A DNA stretch of 63,965 nucleotides, counting the filler, from Octopus bimaculoides (lineage: Eukaryota): assembly GCF_001194135.2 (NCBI RefSeq). It is 5 parts of 4 records of this genome, joined end to end, with 100 filler letters (N's around TTAATTAATTAA, not from the genome) between each part and the next. Parts side by side here need not be neighbours in the genome. Positions count along the whole stretch, not along the records: positions 45,867 to 59,085 come from NC_068982.1; positions 59,186 to 61,900 come from NC_069004.1; positions 62,001 to 63,965 come from NC_068996.1; 2 more parts are not named here. One strand, 5' to 3'. Numbering within the stretch: the stretch's first letter is position 1; each line of letters begins with the position of its first letter. The notes below the pieces were generated by a model. The model saw only the letters and a program-made list of their open reading frames with translations, was not told the DNA's origin and searched no databases. Made by a program: the position numbers and the translations under genes. Shown in pieces: positions 53,300-63,965 of this stretch.

Positions 53300-54935
53300 G
53301 CAGGTATCGGAAACTTAGAAATCGAAAATGAAATAAAATCTACCCGAAGAAAGGAGCGTACAAAAAGAGAAACTTGAGATGTATGAAACAAAATCGAATC
53401 ATAACGGTTTCTATAATTTCACAACATTCAGTTTCTTTGCATAATAAAATAAGACCAGTTTCGAAGAAGCGTCTAACCAACTGCAGTCTCTCAACAAAGT
53501 TATGAAATATTGGTTTCAAATTTTGACACAAGGCCATGAATTTCGGAGAAGGGGGAAAGTCGATTACATTGACCTCAATATTTAACTCGTACTTATTTTA
53601 TCGACCCCGAAAGGATGAAAGGCAAAGTCGACTTCGACGGAATTTGAACTCAGAACGTGAAGACGGCGTGCAACGATTCTGCCTGTTTGCCGTTTTAGAG
53701 TTGCGAAATATTGAATAAACAATTCAAAATATTTTTAATTTCTCAATCGGAGAGATGGAAATAAATAAACAAAATGAGTTCTTCAATACTACAACTTTAT
53801 ACAAAAGAATTGGTAAACATCAATTGTATAGTTATAAAGAAAGAAGACGAAATACCAGCTGCAGAAAAAAATAAGGCTACCGGTCAGGATGGATCCTCCA
53901 CAATTCTCTTGGAAACAGAAAAAGGCTGCAGCAAAACTGCTTCAGATACCTTTCAAATGCTTCCTTGCTTGTGTGACAAGCTTCTCGAAATGAAATAAAA
54001 TGAATGCATCGTCCATAAAGAGAAAGCAGAGTAGATGCCAAAAAAAATTACGAGCATATTTCTTTGACTCCACATAGCAAATTGTTGGATTGAATTATGG
54101 AAGAACGAATTACGCTTAGAAGAAAATGGTTTATTAACCGATATCAATCACAATCTTCGTCTGATTGGTAGGTCCTTGTACATCCTATACAGAATTAGGA
54201 CTGGGTATTGAAATCATTGCTTAATCATTCAAATGTAGATTTTGCAAATACTTTCGACAATATTGATCATTAAAATCAAAAATTAAGTGACTTTAATATA
54301 GCTAGAAAACTAGTTGAGTGGCTGTGCTTTACCGAAGGATATATCAATTCTGTGTTGGAATCTTTTGCACAATTATTGGCCATAGTGGCTCTCTGAGGCA
54401 TGCCCTCAGCTATTAAAAACACCGTTATTAGTTATGTTCCGATACGAAAATATTGAAGTCTATCAAAATTTTCGATGATCTCAACTACCACTCTAGGGAA
54501 GACCTCAAAGCAATATAAAAGTGTATTGAAGATGACATGATGTTTAATGTTGGAAAATTTCAAGGACTTCGCTATTAGCTCTCTAACACATCGTAATCAA
54601 AACGCACAAAGCCAACAGAGGTTGCAATCATTGAATGGTCTTGGGATCAAAGTGAATAATGATGCATCGTTGCATGTGGATATTTATAAGACGGGAACAA
54701 TGTGCAGACGACTAGCGGGATGGCTTCTGAGATTGTTCAAAACGAGTGAAAAGAAATCATATTGGTCTTATTGAAGATATTTGTCTTGTGCGTTGTTTCA
54801 GTTAAAATAGAGTTAAAATGACTGCAGAACTCGAGGCAACTCAATACCATTACATTGCCTGTTTGCAGCAGATGAACAACAAGGAGAGGTCCATAACATT
54901 AAGGCAGTAAAGACGAGAAAGGTATGAAAGATATA
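53300..54935 (+). mobile_element. Highly decayed CR1/L2-like LINE ORF2 (RT)
   Basis: Broken motifs KATGQDG, NY..ISLTP..KLL, DFANTFDNIDH, KF.DD, MFNVGKFQ, LGIKVNND, ELEATQ.HY and RRERY. 5' boundary uncertain. Confidence 0.7.
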
Positions 54936-55409
54936 TATGTATATATACATATATACACATACGTGTATGTATGTATATAAGTATGTATGTATGCATGTAT
55001 GTGCATATATATGTGCATGTGTGTATGTGTGTGTGTGTGTGTGTGTGGGGGGGGGGGTATGTGACACCTCTGCTGTAAGTATTCGTGTTAGCATCTCGAA
55101 CCCCTCCATTCCTTTTATTTCCTTTGCAATCTTTGACCGACTGCCCTTCATGTTATGTACTAGTGGGAAACATGCAAATGTCATATACACTTTACTGCCT
55201 ATACTGAAAGAAAAAAAAAAAAAAATGAGAAGAAGCACAAAAGAGATTCTAACCCCGGATCAGAACTTAGTTTAAGTTTACTGGAAGAGTACCTCTGACT
55301 GCATAACCCTCGTCTTAAGCATTTTACAAACAAATTTTTAAATAAACGTTAATTTAAAAACCTACTATAAATATAAAGTATAGGAAAAACAAACAAATAT
55401 CTCCCTTAC

Positions 55410-55482
55410 CAGTAACAGCCATGAGGGCTTCCATATTTTCTGCTTTAGCTTCTTGGTTCCAAGTACCCAAAAAGTTTTCCAT
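55410..55482 (-). CDS. First coding exon of a fatty-acid-binding protein (FABP/iLBP family)-like gene
   Basis: Reads ATG...MENFLGTWNQEAKAENMEALMAVT+G, then donor G/gtaagg; A at -3 of the ATG. Matches the FABP N-terminal pattern (F.GTW...EN...M...G). Length and phase (73 nt, 24 codons plus phase 1) match the canonical FABP first coding exon. Downstream exons not found. Confidence 0.65.
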
Positions 55483-55758
55483 TTTGATATAATTTTCTGT
55501 ACGAAAGAAATAGACACCGTCTTATTCAACTGCCAAAGACAATCTTTTGCTGAGAGCAATCTATTTTCTTGTTTTATGTATTTTTCAGACAATACCACCG
55601 GATGTCACATCAACTTCCTCTGAAATGCCAACTGTCTAATTTTATTAAAATTTCATTGGTTTACCGAACTAGTAATTTAATCTTTAAATTTTCTTACATT
55701 AATCAGAGGGCAGGCAATAAATCTACTAATTATATAATTGTTGTTGTTGTTGTTGTTG

Positions 55759-55817
<59 letters not shown>

Positions 55818-55869
55818 TTATTTTAATAATATATTTATTTAGTCTAGTTATTTAATTCTCTTTTAAACG

Positions 55870-56330
55870 TGAGAACGTTCGCCATTTTCGGAGACGACAG
55901 AAAAAGAAAACAACTCAACAGTTTTCATTGGTTGGAATTTTATCGGGTTACTGATGCCAATTGTCATTATGTAGACCCGATCGTTTCATGCGCTTTTTTT
56001 TTCTCTCTTCTCCCATTCTACATTTCAGCCCACCCATTTGTTTCAATCACACACACACGCGCACGCGAGCACTCACACAGAAACAAGCGCGTAAACAAGC
56101 TCTCCGTCTCTCTCTCCCCCCCTCTCTTCGTCTCTCTTTCTTCTTCCCTCTCTCATAATCCATCTACTCCTCTCTCAATCTCTCGGTCTGGTCTTCTGTC
56201 TCATTCTGCCTTTCAGCTTTCCAGCATTCGTTTAGCTCTGCCCTGTACTCTATCACACTCGCGCAAACACACACAAACACGCACACACAGATGTAGAATC
56301 TGTGTAATGTGTACACATACAAATATATGC
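55870..56330. promoter_or_regulatory. Possible promoter-like region upstream of the FABP-like exon
   Basis: Locally CpG-retaining non-TE sequence with a YY1-type CGCCATTTT (55880-55888), CCAAT boxes at 55927-55931(-) and 55957-55961(+), and CT/CA tracts. Confidence 0.3.
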
Positions 56331-56639
56331 AAGCTTACACTAATTTGATTACACACTACTTAGAATTTACATACAGAAGCTACAAATACATATAAGGGAA
56401 GGAAAAATACTGCCAGTGTGACATTTTTCCATTGGCTTATATTTGTGTACATTTACACGAATATGTTCATTATATATGTGCGTGCGTGCGCCAGTGTGTA
56501 TGTGTGGGCGTGTATGTATATGTGTGCTTACGTGCGTGTGCGTGGTTGTGTGCGTCTGTGCATATGTGTGTGTGAGTATGTATGCATTATGTATGTGTGT
56601 ATGTATGTATTTGTGTGTGTGTAGGTGTGTGTGTATGTG

Positions 56640-57160
56640 TATGACAGGCGTGGGTTGTGGTAAGAAGCTTGCTTCCTAACCGCATGATTCCGGGTTCAGT
56701 CCCACTGTGTGGACCTTGGGTAAGTGAATTCTACCATAGCCAAACAAAGCCTTGTGAGTGGGTTTAGTAGACGGAAACTGAAAGAAGCACGCCTGTTTTG
56801 TTTGCAATGTCCTGTACCCAGATATGCACCTATACATACAGGTGGATGTCGGTATGCACATACCTGTACGTATATATGCATATACTCATTTACTATTTGT
56901 CTTTTACTGTTGCCTCGAGCCGACCAAAGCTTTGTGAGTGGATTTGATAGTCGGAAACTGAAAGAAGCCCGTCATATATATGTGTCGTATATATGTGTGT
57001 GGGTGTGTTAGTGTGTGTGTATTTGTTCGATTCGGCAAAAGAGACTGATAGAATAAGTACTAGGCTTACAAAGAATAAGTCTTGGGGTCGATTTGTTCGA
57101 CTAAAGGCGGTGCTCCAGCATGGCCGCAGTTAAATGACTGAAAGAAGTAAAAGAATTAAA
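56640..57160 (+). mobile_element. SINE family B with internal partial duplication
   Basis: Head at 56645. The GCCTTGTGAGTGG...GGAAACTGAAAGAAGC block occurs twice (~56748-56790 and ~56928-56970). Confidence 0.8.
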
Positions 57161-58007
57161 GAATACATCAATATCTTTTTATCTTTTANNNNNNNNNNNN
57201 NNNNNNNNNNNNNNNNNNNNNNNNNNNNNNNNNNNNNNNNNNNNNNNNNNNNNNNNNNNNNNNNNNNNNNNNNNNNNNNNNNNNNNNNNNNNNNNNNNNN
57301 NNNNNNNNNNNNNNNNNNNNNNNNNNNNNNNNNNNNNNNNNNNNNNNNNNNNNNNNNNNNNNNNNNNNNNNNNNNNNNNNNNNNNNNNNNNNNNNNNNNN
57401 NNNNNNNNNNNNNNNNNNNNNNNNNNNNNNNNNNNNNNNNNNNNNNNNNNNNNNNNNNNNNNNNNNNNNNNNNNNNNNNNNNNNNNNNNNNNNNNNNNNN
57501 NNNNNNNNNNNNNNNNNNNNNNNNNNNNNNNNNNNNNNNNNNNNNNNNNNNNNNNNNNNNNNNNNNNNNNNNNNNNNNNNNNNNNNNNNNNNNNNNNNNN
57601 NNNNNNNNNNNNNNNNNNNNNNNNNNNNNNNNNNNNNNNNNNNNNNNNNNNNNNNNNNNNNNNNNNNNNNNNNNNNNNNNNNNNNNNNNNNNNNNNNNNN
57701 NNNNNNNNNNNNNNNNNNNNNNNNNNNNNNNNNNNNNNNNNNNNNNNNNNNNNNNNGAGGAATAATAGGAAAATGAAAAATAATAATAAGGCAGAATGCT
57801 AAACTGGAAGCATATTTTAATAAAGATTTCTAACCGACTTTCATTGCATGGCAAATTTTCAAGAAGAGGGAGAATAAAAATGCTTTTTACATATTTTGTG
57901 TGTGTATATATATATGTATATGTGTGTATGTATGTATGTATATATATTTATATTTAATATATACATATACATATATGAGTGTGTGTGTGTGTATGTGTAT
58001 GTATATT

Positions 58008-58230
58008 CCTTTATTCTTTTACTTGTTTCAGTCATTTGACTACGGCCATGCTGGAGCACCACCTTTAGTCGAACAAATTGACCCCCAGGACTTATTCTTT
58101 GTAATCCTAGTACTTATTCTATCGGGCTCTTTTTGTCGAGCTGCTAGATTACAGGGACGTAAACACATCAACATCGGTTGTCAAGAGATGTTGGGTGGAC
58201 AAACACAGACACACAAATGCATACATACAT
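58008..58230 (-). mobile_element. SINE family B tail half
   Basis: TTTTACTTGTTTCAGTCATTTGACTACGGCCATGCTGGAGC... Confidence 0.8.
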
Positions 58231-58409
58231 ACATACATACATACATTCATGCATGCTTACATACATACATATATACATATATACATACATTCATAATATG
58301 TACATACACATACATACATACATATGTGCATGTGTGTGTGTATATGTATGTGTGTGTATATGTATGTGTGTGTATATGTATGTGTGTGTATATGTATGTG
58401 TGTTTGTAA

Positions 58410-58860
58410 TGCATGGCAACGTGAATCAAATAAAAATAGATCGATTTTATATACGAGTTAAGTATGAAGAATGTAAACCAATAGAAAGCAGAGCATTTTC
58501 AAATGAAAGTTGTATGAAGATGTCTCATTGGACACTGTGAGGCGATTGCTGCTATCGTTCGGCCTAACTCATCGTAAAGCAAATACCATCATGAGTGTCA
58601 TCCAGATTACAGTAAGGGGAGGTAAGCCACTGGATTTGATTAAAAAGAGATGATGAGCAATGGCTAGGCTGGAAGAATATTGAGTGAAACCTAATAACCA
58701 GTTAACCGAGAAAGCGAGGCGTCATCTCAGTGTGGCCGGTGCGCAGTAATGCCGTCGAGAGAAAGGGCCTTAAACAACGCGCATTCTCTCCTGATGACCC
58801 CATACACATGCTAGTATCCAGTATGCGGAGCTTTCAACTGGCAGCACTTGCTTCTGCGAG
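58410..58860 (+). mobile_element. Possible 3' remnant of an RLE-type LINE
   Basis: Weak similarity only (RRLLLSFGLTHRKANTIM...RG). Confidence 0.25.
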
Positions 58861-58955
58861 TTGTTTACAAATACACAGAACACACAGATACACAGACACA
58901 CAGACACACACACGCACACACACATGCATACACACATATATATACATATATATAA

Positions 58956-58993
<38 letters not shown>

Positions 58994-60458
58994 CATATAT
59001 ATACCGGAGAAAGCACATAAAATGTGCAACAAGGTGGAAAAAAGAGTACTCAAATACCAGAGGTAGAATAATATGCTTTATTTTANNNNNNNNNNNNNNN
59101 NNNNNNNNNNNNNNNNNNNNNNNNNNNNNTTAATTAATTAANNNNNNNNNNNNNNNNNNNNNNNNNNNNNNNNNNNNNNNNNNNNATCTCTACACAGCAC
59201 CAACAACACTGCACAGGTTCTAACATATCGCTGTTCGTGAGCTACCTCACCATGGTTAACAGCAAATATACAACCCACGCAGATGCATGTAGATATATGA
59301 ATAAATGTTCAACCATTTCCATTTATCATTCAGCTTGTATATATGTGTGGCCGGCATTAAAGAAATTTAAAGTTACCACCTTGTTCCATGTATTTCTTTA
59401 TACTGTGTTCCTGTCAAATGATATTACAGCCTTCTGAGTAGAGTCACATTGGATGGCTCCACAACCTATCCATCTAAAGAGTAATTCCTTCCTCCGAATT
59501 TGCTGGCCTTGTGCCAAAATTTGAAACTAAAGAAATACACTTCTAAAGTAGAGTTTGGTGTTTATAAATCCACTTAAAATTCTTAAAATATATCATAACG
59601 TACCATGCATGCAGTATGAGGCATTATGAAAAGTAAACAAAAAAATGTCAAAAACATGAAAAGTAATGTTTGTTGCCACTTCAACATGGCTGTTCCGTAC
59701 AGAACTACGCTACTACCATTTTTTTTTTTAAACCGCAGAAGGACATCTTCGTCAGCTGGTTAAGTCACAACCTGTGTCCGATATATTGCGAGCAGCGAAG
59801 CGAACCCCTACCATCTAGCGGTGACAAGACCAGTAGACCAGTCTGGTTTCAGGATATTTCCCTTCGTCAGTACTGGACATTTATCTGCTAGACATGGCAG
59901 TTTATAGAAAAATAAGCGACATTCAGCGTAAAGATCACGATTTTATTTAAAAGATACTGGTGCAAATTAGTCCGCTTCTAAAGCAGAGTATTTTAATATT
60001 TATCAATGCATTTGAAAAAATTAAGAACAAAACAACTTTTAACACACCGTATGCAGATTAGTTTCAAAAACCGGGTCTGTTTACTCAAAGCAGAGTGCTG
60101 TATATTGCACGGAATTGTACAGTGCTCCCAGATTTCTTGATATTCCGGATTTCTGGAAGAGCCGGATAAGAGGTCCGGTACAGTACCACCTCCACACCTA
60201 CTGTCTTAAGAATGAATATACCGGTTATTGCGTTGTTAAAGTTGAAAGTCGTACAGAGTTATGGTGGTGGTGGTGATGGTGGTGCTGGTGCCGGCAGCGG
60301 TGGCAATGATGGTAGTAATAGTGGTACAGAAAGGTACTGATAAATAGTGGTGGTGAGAGTGAGGGTGGGTGATGGTTGAGGTGGCGGTGGTTGAGATGGT
60401 AGTGGTTGCAGTGGGTTGGGTGACGCAGCATATTTGTTGCAATGGCATTAGGGAATAA

Positions 60459-60516
<58 letters not shown>

Positions 60517-60722
60517 TAGCTGAAGCGGTGGTTCTTGGTGCAAGAGCTTTGGTCGGCGTACTGAAGTTCTTTATTCACGTGGGACATATTCTCACTAGAT
60601 TGACGAGAGAAACACCTTAAAATAGAGTAGATATGTAGATATGCTTGTCCCAAACAAGTAATTAATGTACATACACGTGTCTGTGCGTGTACGTGTAAGT
60701 GTGTGTGTGTGTACGTGTGTGA

Positions 60723-60753
<31 letters not shown>

Positions 60754-61006
60754 TTTGTGCATTTGTATACATAGATAATTGTCTGTCTAAATATGTACAC
60801 AAGTTCTGTATATATACATGCGCCCTTGATTATGCATTACCAATTTTCGCTATACACACATATCTATACTTATATTGTACACATGAGTGTTCCTTTGTGC
60901 TTCTCTATGAAGTATATGTATGCGCTGACCTGCGTGTGTACGTGTGTCAGCAAATGTTACATATGTGTGCATGCATGTATGTATGTATGTATGTATGTAT
61001 GTATGC

Positions 61007-61118
61007 ACTAGCGTAGCTGGGGTGAGGGCGGTCCGCTCCGGGCGGCACTTTTGGGTCTGCTGTAAGCAATGTTTTTTTTTGTAGGGGCCGGGGGCGGCAC
61101 ACAGTCTGCTACGCTAGT
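61007..61118. mobile_element. 112-bp GC-rich MITE
   Basis: Perfect 11-bp TIRs ACTAGCGTAGC/GCTACGCTAGT. Confidence 0.6.
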
Positions 61119-61334
61119 ATATGTATGTATGTATATATGTATGTGTGTATGCAGGCGTGTGTGTGCGCGCGCGCGCGTGTGTGTGACTCTTAAGCTCATC
61201 CAGTAGTGGGCCACTGGTGCAAGAGTTCCAAGGTTTGGAGGAGAGTGTGCTGCTGATAACATGCAACACAGTCCAACCTGCTACAAGGTCGAGCCTCTCT
61301 TTGTTCCCTTTCTGGGTCCCAGTAATTGGTTAAC

Positions 61335-61559
61335 AAGTGTATCGATTTCAAATTTTTGGCACAGGCCAGCAAGTTCGGGAGAGGAGGTAAGTCGATTGCA
61401 TCGACCCTAGTGCTTAGCTGGTGCTTATTTTATTGACCCCGAAAGGGATGAAAGGCGAAATCGACCTCGGCGGAATTTGAACTCAAAACGTAAATACAGA
61501 CTAAATACTGCTAAACATTTTGTCTGGCGTGCTAACGATTCTGTCAGTTCGCCGCAGTA

Positions 61560-61560
<1 letters not shown>
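61335..61560 (-). mobile_element. SINE family A copy
   Basis: Matches family A in reverse, with (AAT)n adjacent. Confidence 0.8.
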
Positions 61561-61592
<32 letters not shown>

Positions 61593-62094
61593 TATAATAA
61601 ATGCCCGGATGCAGTACCAGGCAGTGGCTCTCATGGCTTCTGATCTTGATTGGAAGTGTTATCATGTACATTGTTTTGTCTTGCTATAAAAAGATGGGCT
61701 ACAGCAAATATTCTGCTCAATACCACAGATTTGCTTGTCAGTTGTTTGACCTTAACCAGTTGAGCATGTCCCTTGGTGGGTGACGATATGTGCATCTCTG
61801 ATCATGAGCAGAGGTAGTGGGGGAGCATCATAGCCATGTGTTGAGAGGAATTCTTTGGGGTTTGAATAATTCACCTTTGGAAACATGTGTGTTTTGCTCA
61901 NNNNNNNNNNNNNNNNNNNNNNNNNNNNNNNNNNNNNNNNNNNNTTAATTAATTAANNNNNNNNNNNNNNNNNNNNNNNNNNNNNNNNNNNNNNNNNNNN
62001 CTGGTGTAGCCATCTGGTTTCACCAGTCCTCAGTCAAATCGTCCAACCCATGCTAGCATGGAAAGCGGACGTTAAATGGCAATGATGATGATTA

Positions 62095-62133
<39 letters not shown>

Positions 62134-62859
62134 GTTTGGCCCCCATCACAACTTGATAACTGGTGTTGGTGTGTTTATATCCCTGAAACTTAGTGGATCA
62201 GCAAAAGACACTGATAGAATAATTACCAGGCTTTAAAACAAGAATAAGTACTGGGGTTTATTCATTTGACTAAAAATTATTCAAGACGGTGCCTCAGCAT
62301 GGACACAGTCTAATGACTGAAACAAGTAAAAGTAAAACAATACATATGTAAAGTGTAGTATATTGCCACTTAAGTGTGGCTGACCCCTAGGGGNNNNNNN
62401 NNNTATATATATACACATACATATATATATGTATATATATATGTATTATGTATATGTATGTAATATATATGTATAGGTAAGATCCAAGGATCAAGGTGTA
62501 GGAAGTTAGTAAGCTTCTAGCAGTTCATAGAAAAAACAACTTTCAGGAACAATAGTGTTTTATTGATGTGGAAGGTTGTAAATTTTTCCCATGTTGAAGC
62601 TCGATAAGTTGAAAAAATTGTTTTATAGCTTACGCCATTTTCGATCGAATCTCCTGCAAGACAACATGGAATCTCTTGATGGCAATGTAAACTTCATTTG
62701 ATCAAGGTATCTTTGGCCTGACCAGTAGCTAGCAGATTACCCCTCATTTGGGTAATTACTACTTCCAAGGTTCTGCTAGCTATGAAACATATCCAGTCTG
62801 GATTTTATCTACTCCATTCCCTAATTTTGTACACACATACACACACACACATATATATA

Positions 62860-63965
62860 TATAGATGCTCAGAAAACAGATTCCTTCACACTCTAGGGGG
62901 AGAAAATAGAAGTAGTTGATAGCTTCCGCTACCTAGGTGACCAAGTTAGTAGTGGGGGTGGATGCTTAGAGAGTGTTACCACTAGAATAAAAATAGCCTG
63001 GGCAAAGTTTAGAAAGCTTCTACCCCTACTGGTGACAAAGGGCCTCTTGCTCAGAGTGAAAGGTAGATTGTACGATGCATATGTGCAAACTGCCATGCTT
63101 CACAGCAGTGAAACATGAGCTGTGACTGCTGAGGACATGTGTAGGCTCGAAAGAAATAAAGCTAGTATGATCCACTGGATGTGTAATGTCAGTGTGCACA
63201 CATGACAGAGTGTAAGCACCAAGAGAAATGTTAGACATAAAAAGCATCGGATGTGGTATGCAAGAAAGACGTTTGTGTTGGTATGGTCATGTAATATGGA
63301 TGGATGAGGAGAGATGTGTGAAGAAGTGCCACTCACAAACAGCTGAAGGAATCTGGGGTAGAAGGAGACCCAGGAAGACATGGGATGCGGTGGTCAAGCA
63401 TGACCTTCGAACATTGGGCCTCTGGAGATAGACCGAGACCCCTGGAGATATGCTGTGACTGCGAAGACTCGGCAAATAAAGTGAGTTCATGGCTGTATCC
63501 TACATCAGTTTCGCATAACCAGCCCCAGCCCATTCAAAAGTACCTTGGATCGTAGGGTGACCTGCTGTGCTTGAGGAAACCTATTGAGCCAAGTACATCA
63601 ACATCAAAATAAAAATCAAATGGAGATTTTAGTTGTGATACCTGTGCCGGTGGCACGTAAAAAGCACCATCCGAATGTGGCTGATGCTAGTGCCGCCTTG
63701 ACTGGCTTCCATGTCGATGGCACATAAAAACCACCAACTGATCATGGCCATTGCCAGCCTCCTCTAGCCCCTGTGCCGGTGGCACGTAAAAAGCACCCAC
63801 TACACTCATGGAGTGGTTGGCGTTAGGAAGGGGATCCAGCTGTAGAAACACTGTCAGATCAGACTGGAGCCTAGTGCAGCCAAACGGCTTCCCAGACCCT
63901 GGTCGAACTGTCCAACCCATGCTAGCATGGAAAACGGATGTTAAACGATGATGATGATGATGATA
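62860..63965 (+). mobile_element. 3' fragment of the same RTE family
   Basis: Reverse-complement similarity to 32175-33300 (ERRLCWYGHV, GRRRPRKTW); ends in a (GAT)n tail. Confidence 0.85.

Noticed and set aside
54828-54922. Apparent plus-strand exon ending AAAG/gtatga
   Set aside because: An overlapping frame reads ELEATQ.HY...RRERY, the C-terminal part of the CR1/L2 LINE.
55069-55203. Minus-strand open frame after a strong acceptor, as FABP exon 2
   Set aside because: The first AG gives an immediate stop in phase with exon 1. The in-phase AG gives a peptide without FABP exon-2 motifs and only a weak donor.
55589-55639. Plus-strand terminal exon TIPPDVTSTSSEMPTV*
   Set aside because: Short, with no supported upstream partner, and it overlaps the likely promoter of the opposite-strand FABP-like exon.
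58789-58840. CTGATGA followed by a hairpin
   Set aside because: No GAAA core after the stem.

Overview
AT-rich, repeat-saturated eukaryotic DNA with many assembly gaps. The SINE families and microsatellite load look like a coleoid cephalopod, probably Octopus (recognised from memory, not by database search). Almost all long ORFs in the track come from microsatellites or N gaps. The window is mostly decayed transposable elements: RTE, R4/Dong-type and CR1/L2-type LINEs, two Penelope-like (PLE) fragments, a full-length Tc1, an internally deleted mariner-like element, Merlin, Helitron, Ty3/gypsy, hAT and piggyBac remnants, MITEs and dozens of SINEs. The best-supported host coding sequence is a 73-nt minus-strand first coding exon of a fatty-acid-binding-protein-like gene (55410-55482). 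Its remaining exons were not found. A few other exons are weak candidates. The most interesting signal is a tRNA-headed SINE-like element whose tail holds a minimal type-I hammerhead ribozyme (intact at 48321-48366). It also shows inverted-end architectures typical of PLE insertions, which suggests a non-autonomous, ribozyme-bearing element mobilised by Penelope-like machinery. TE coordinates are approximate (tens of bp) unless termini are quoted.
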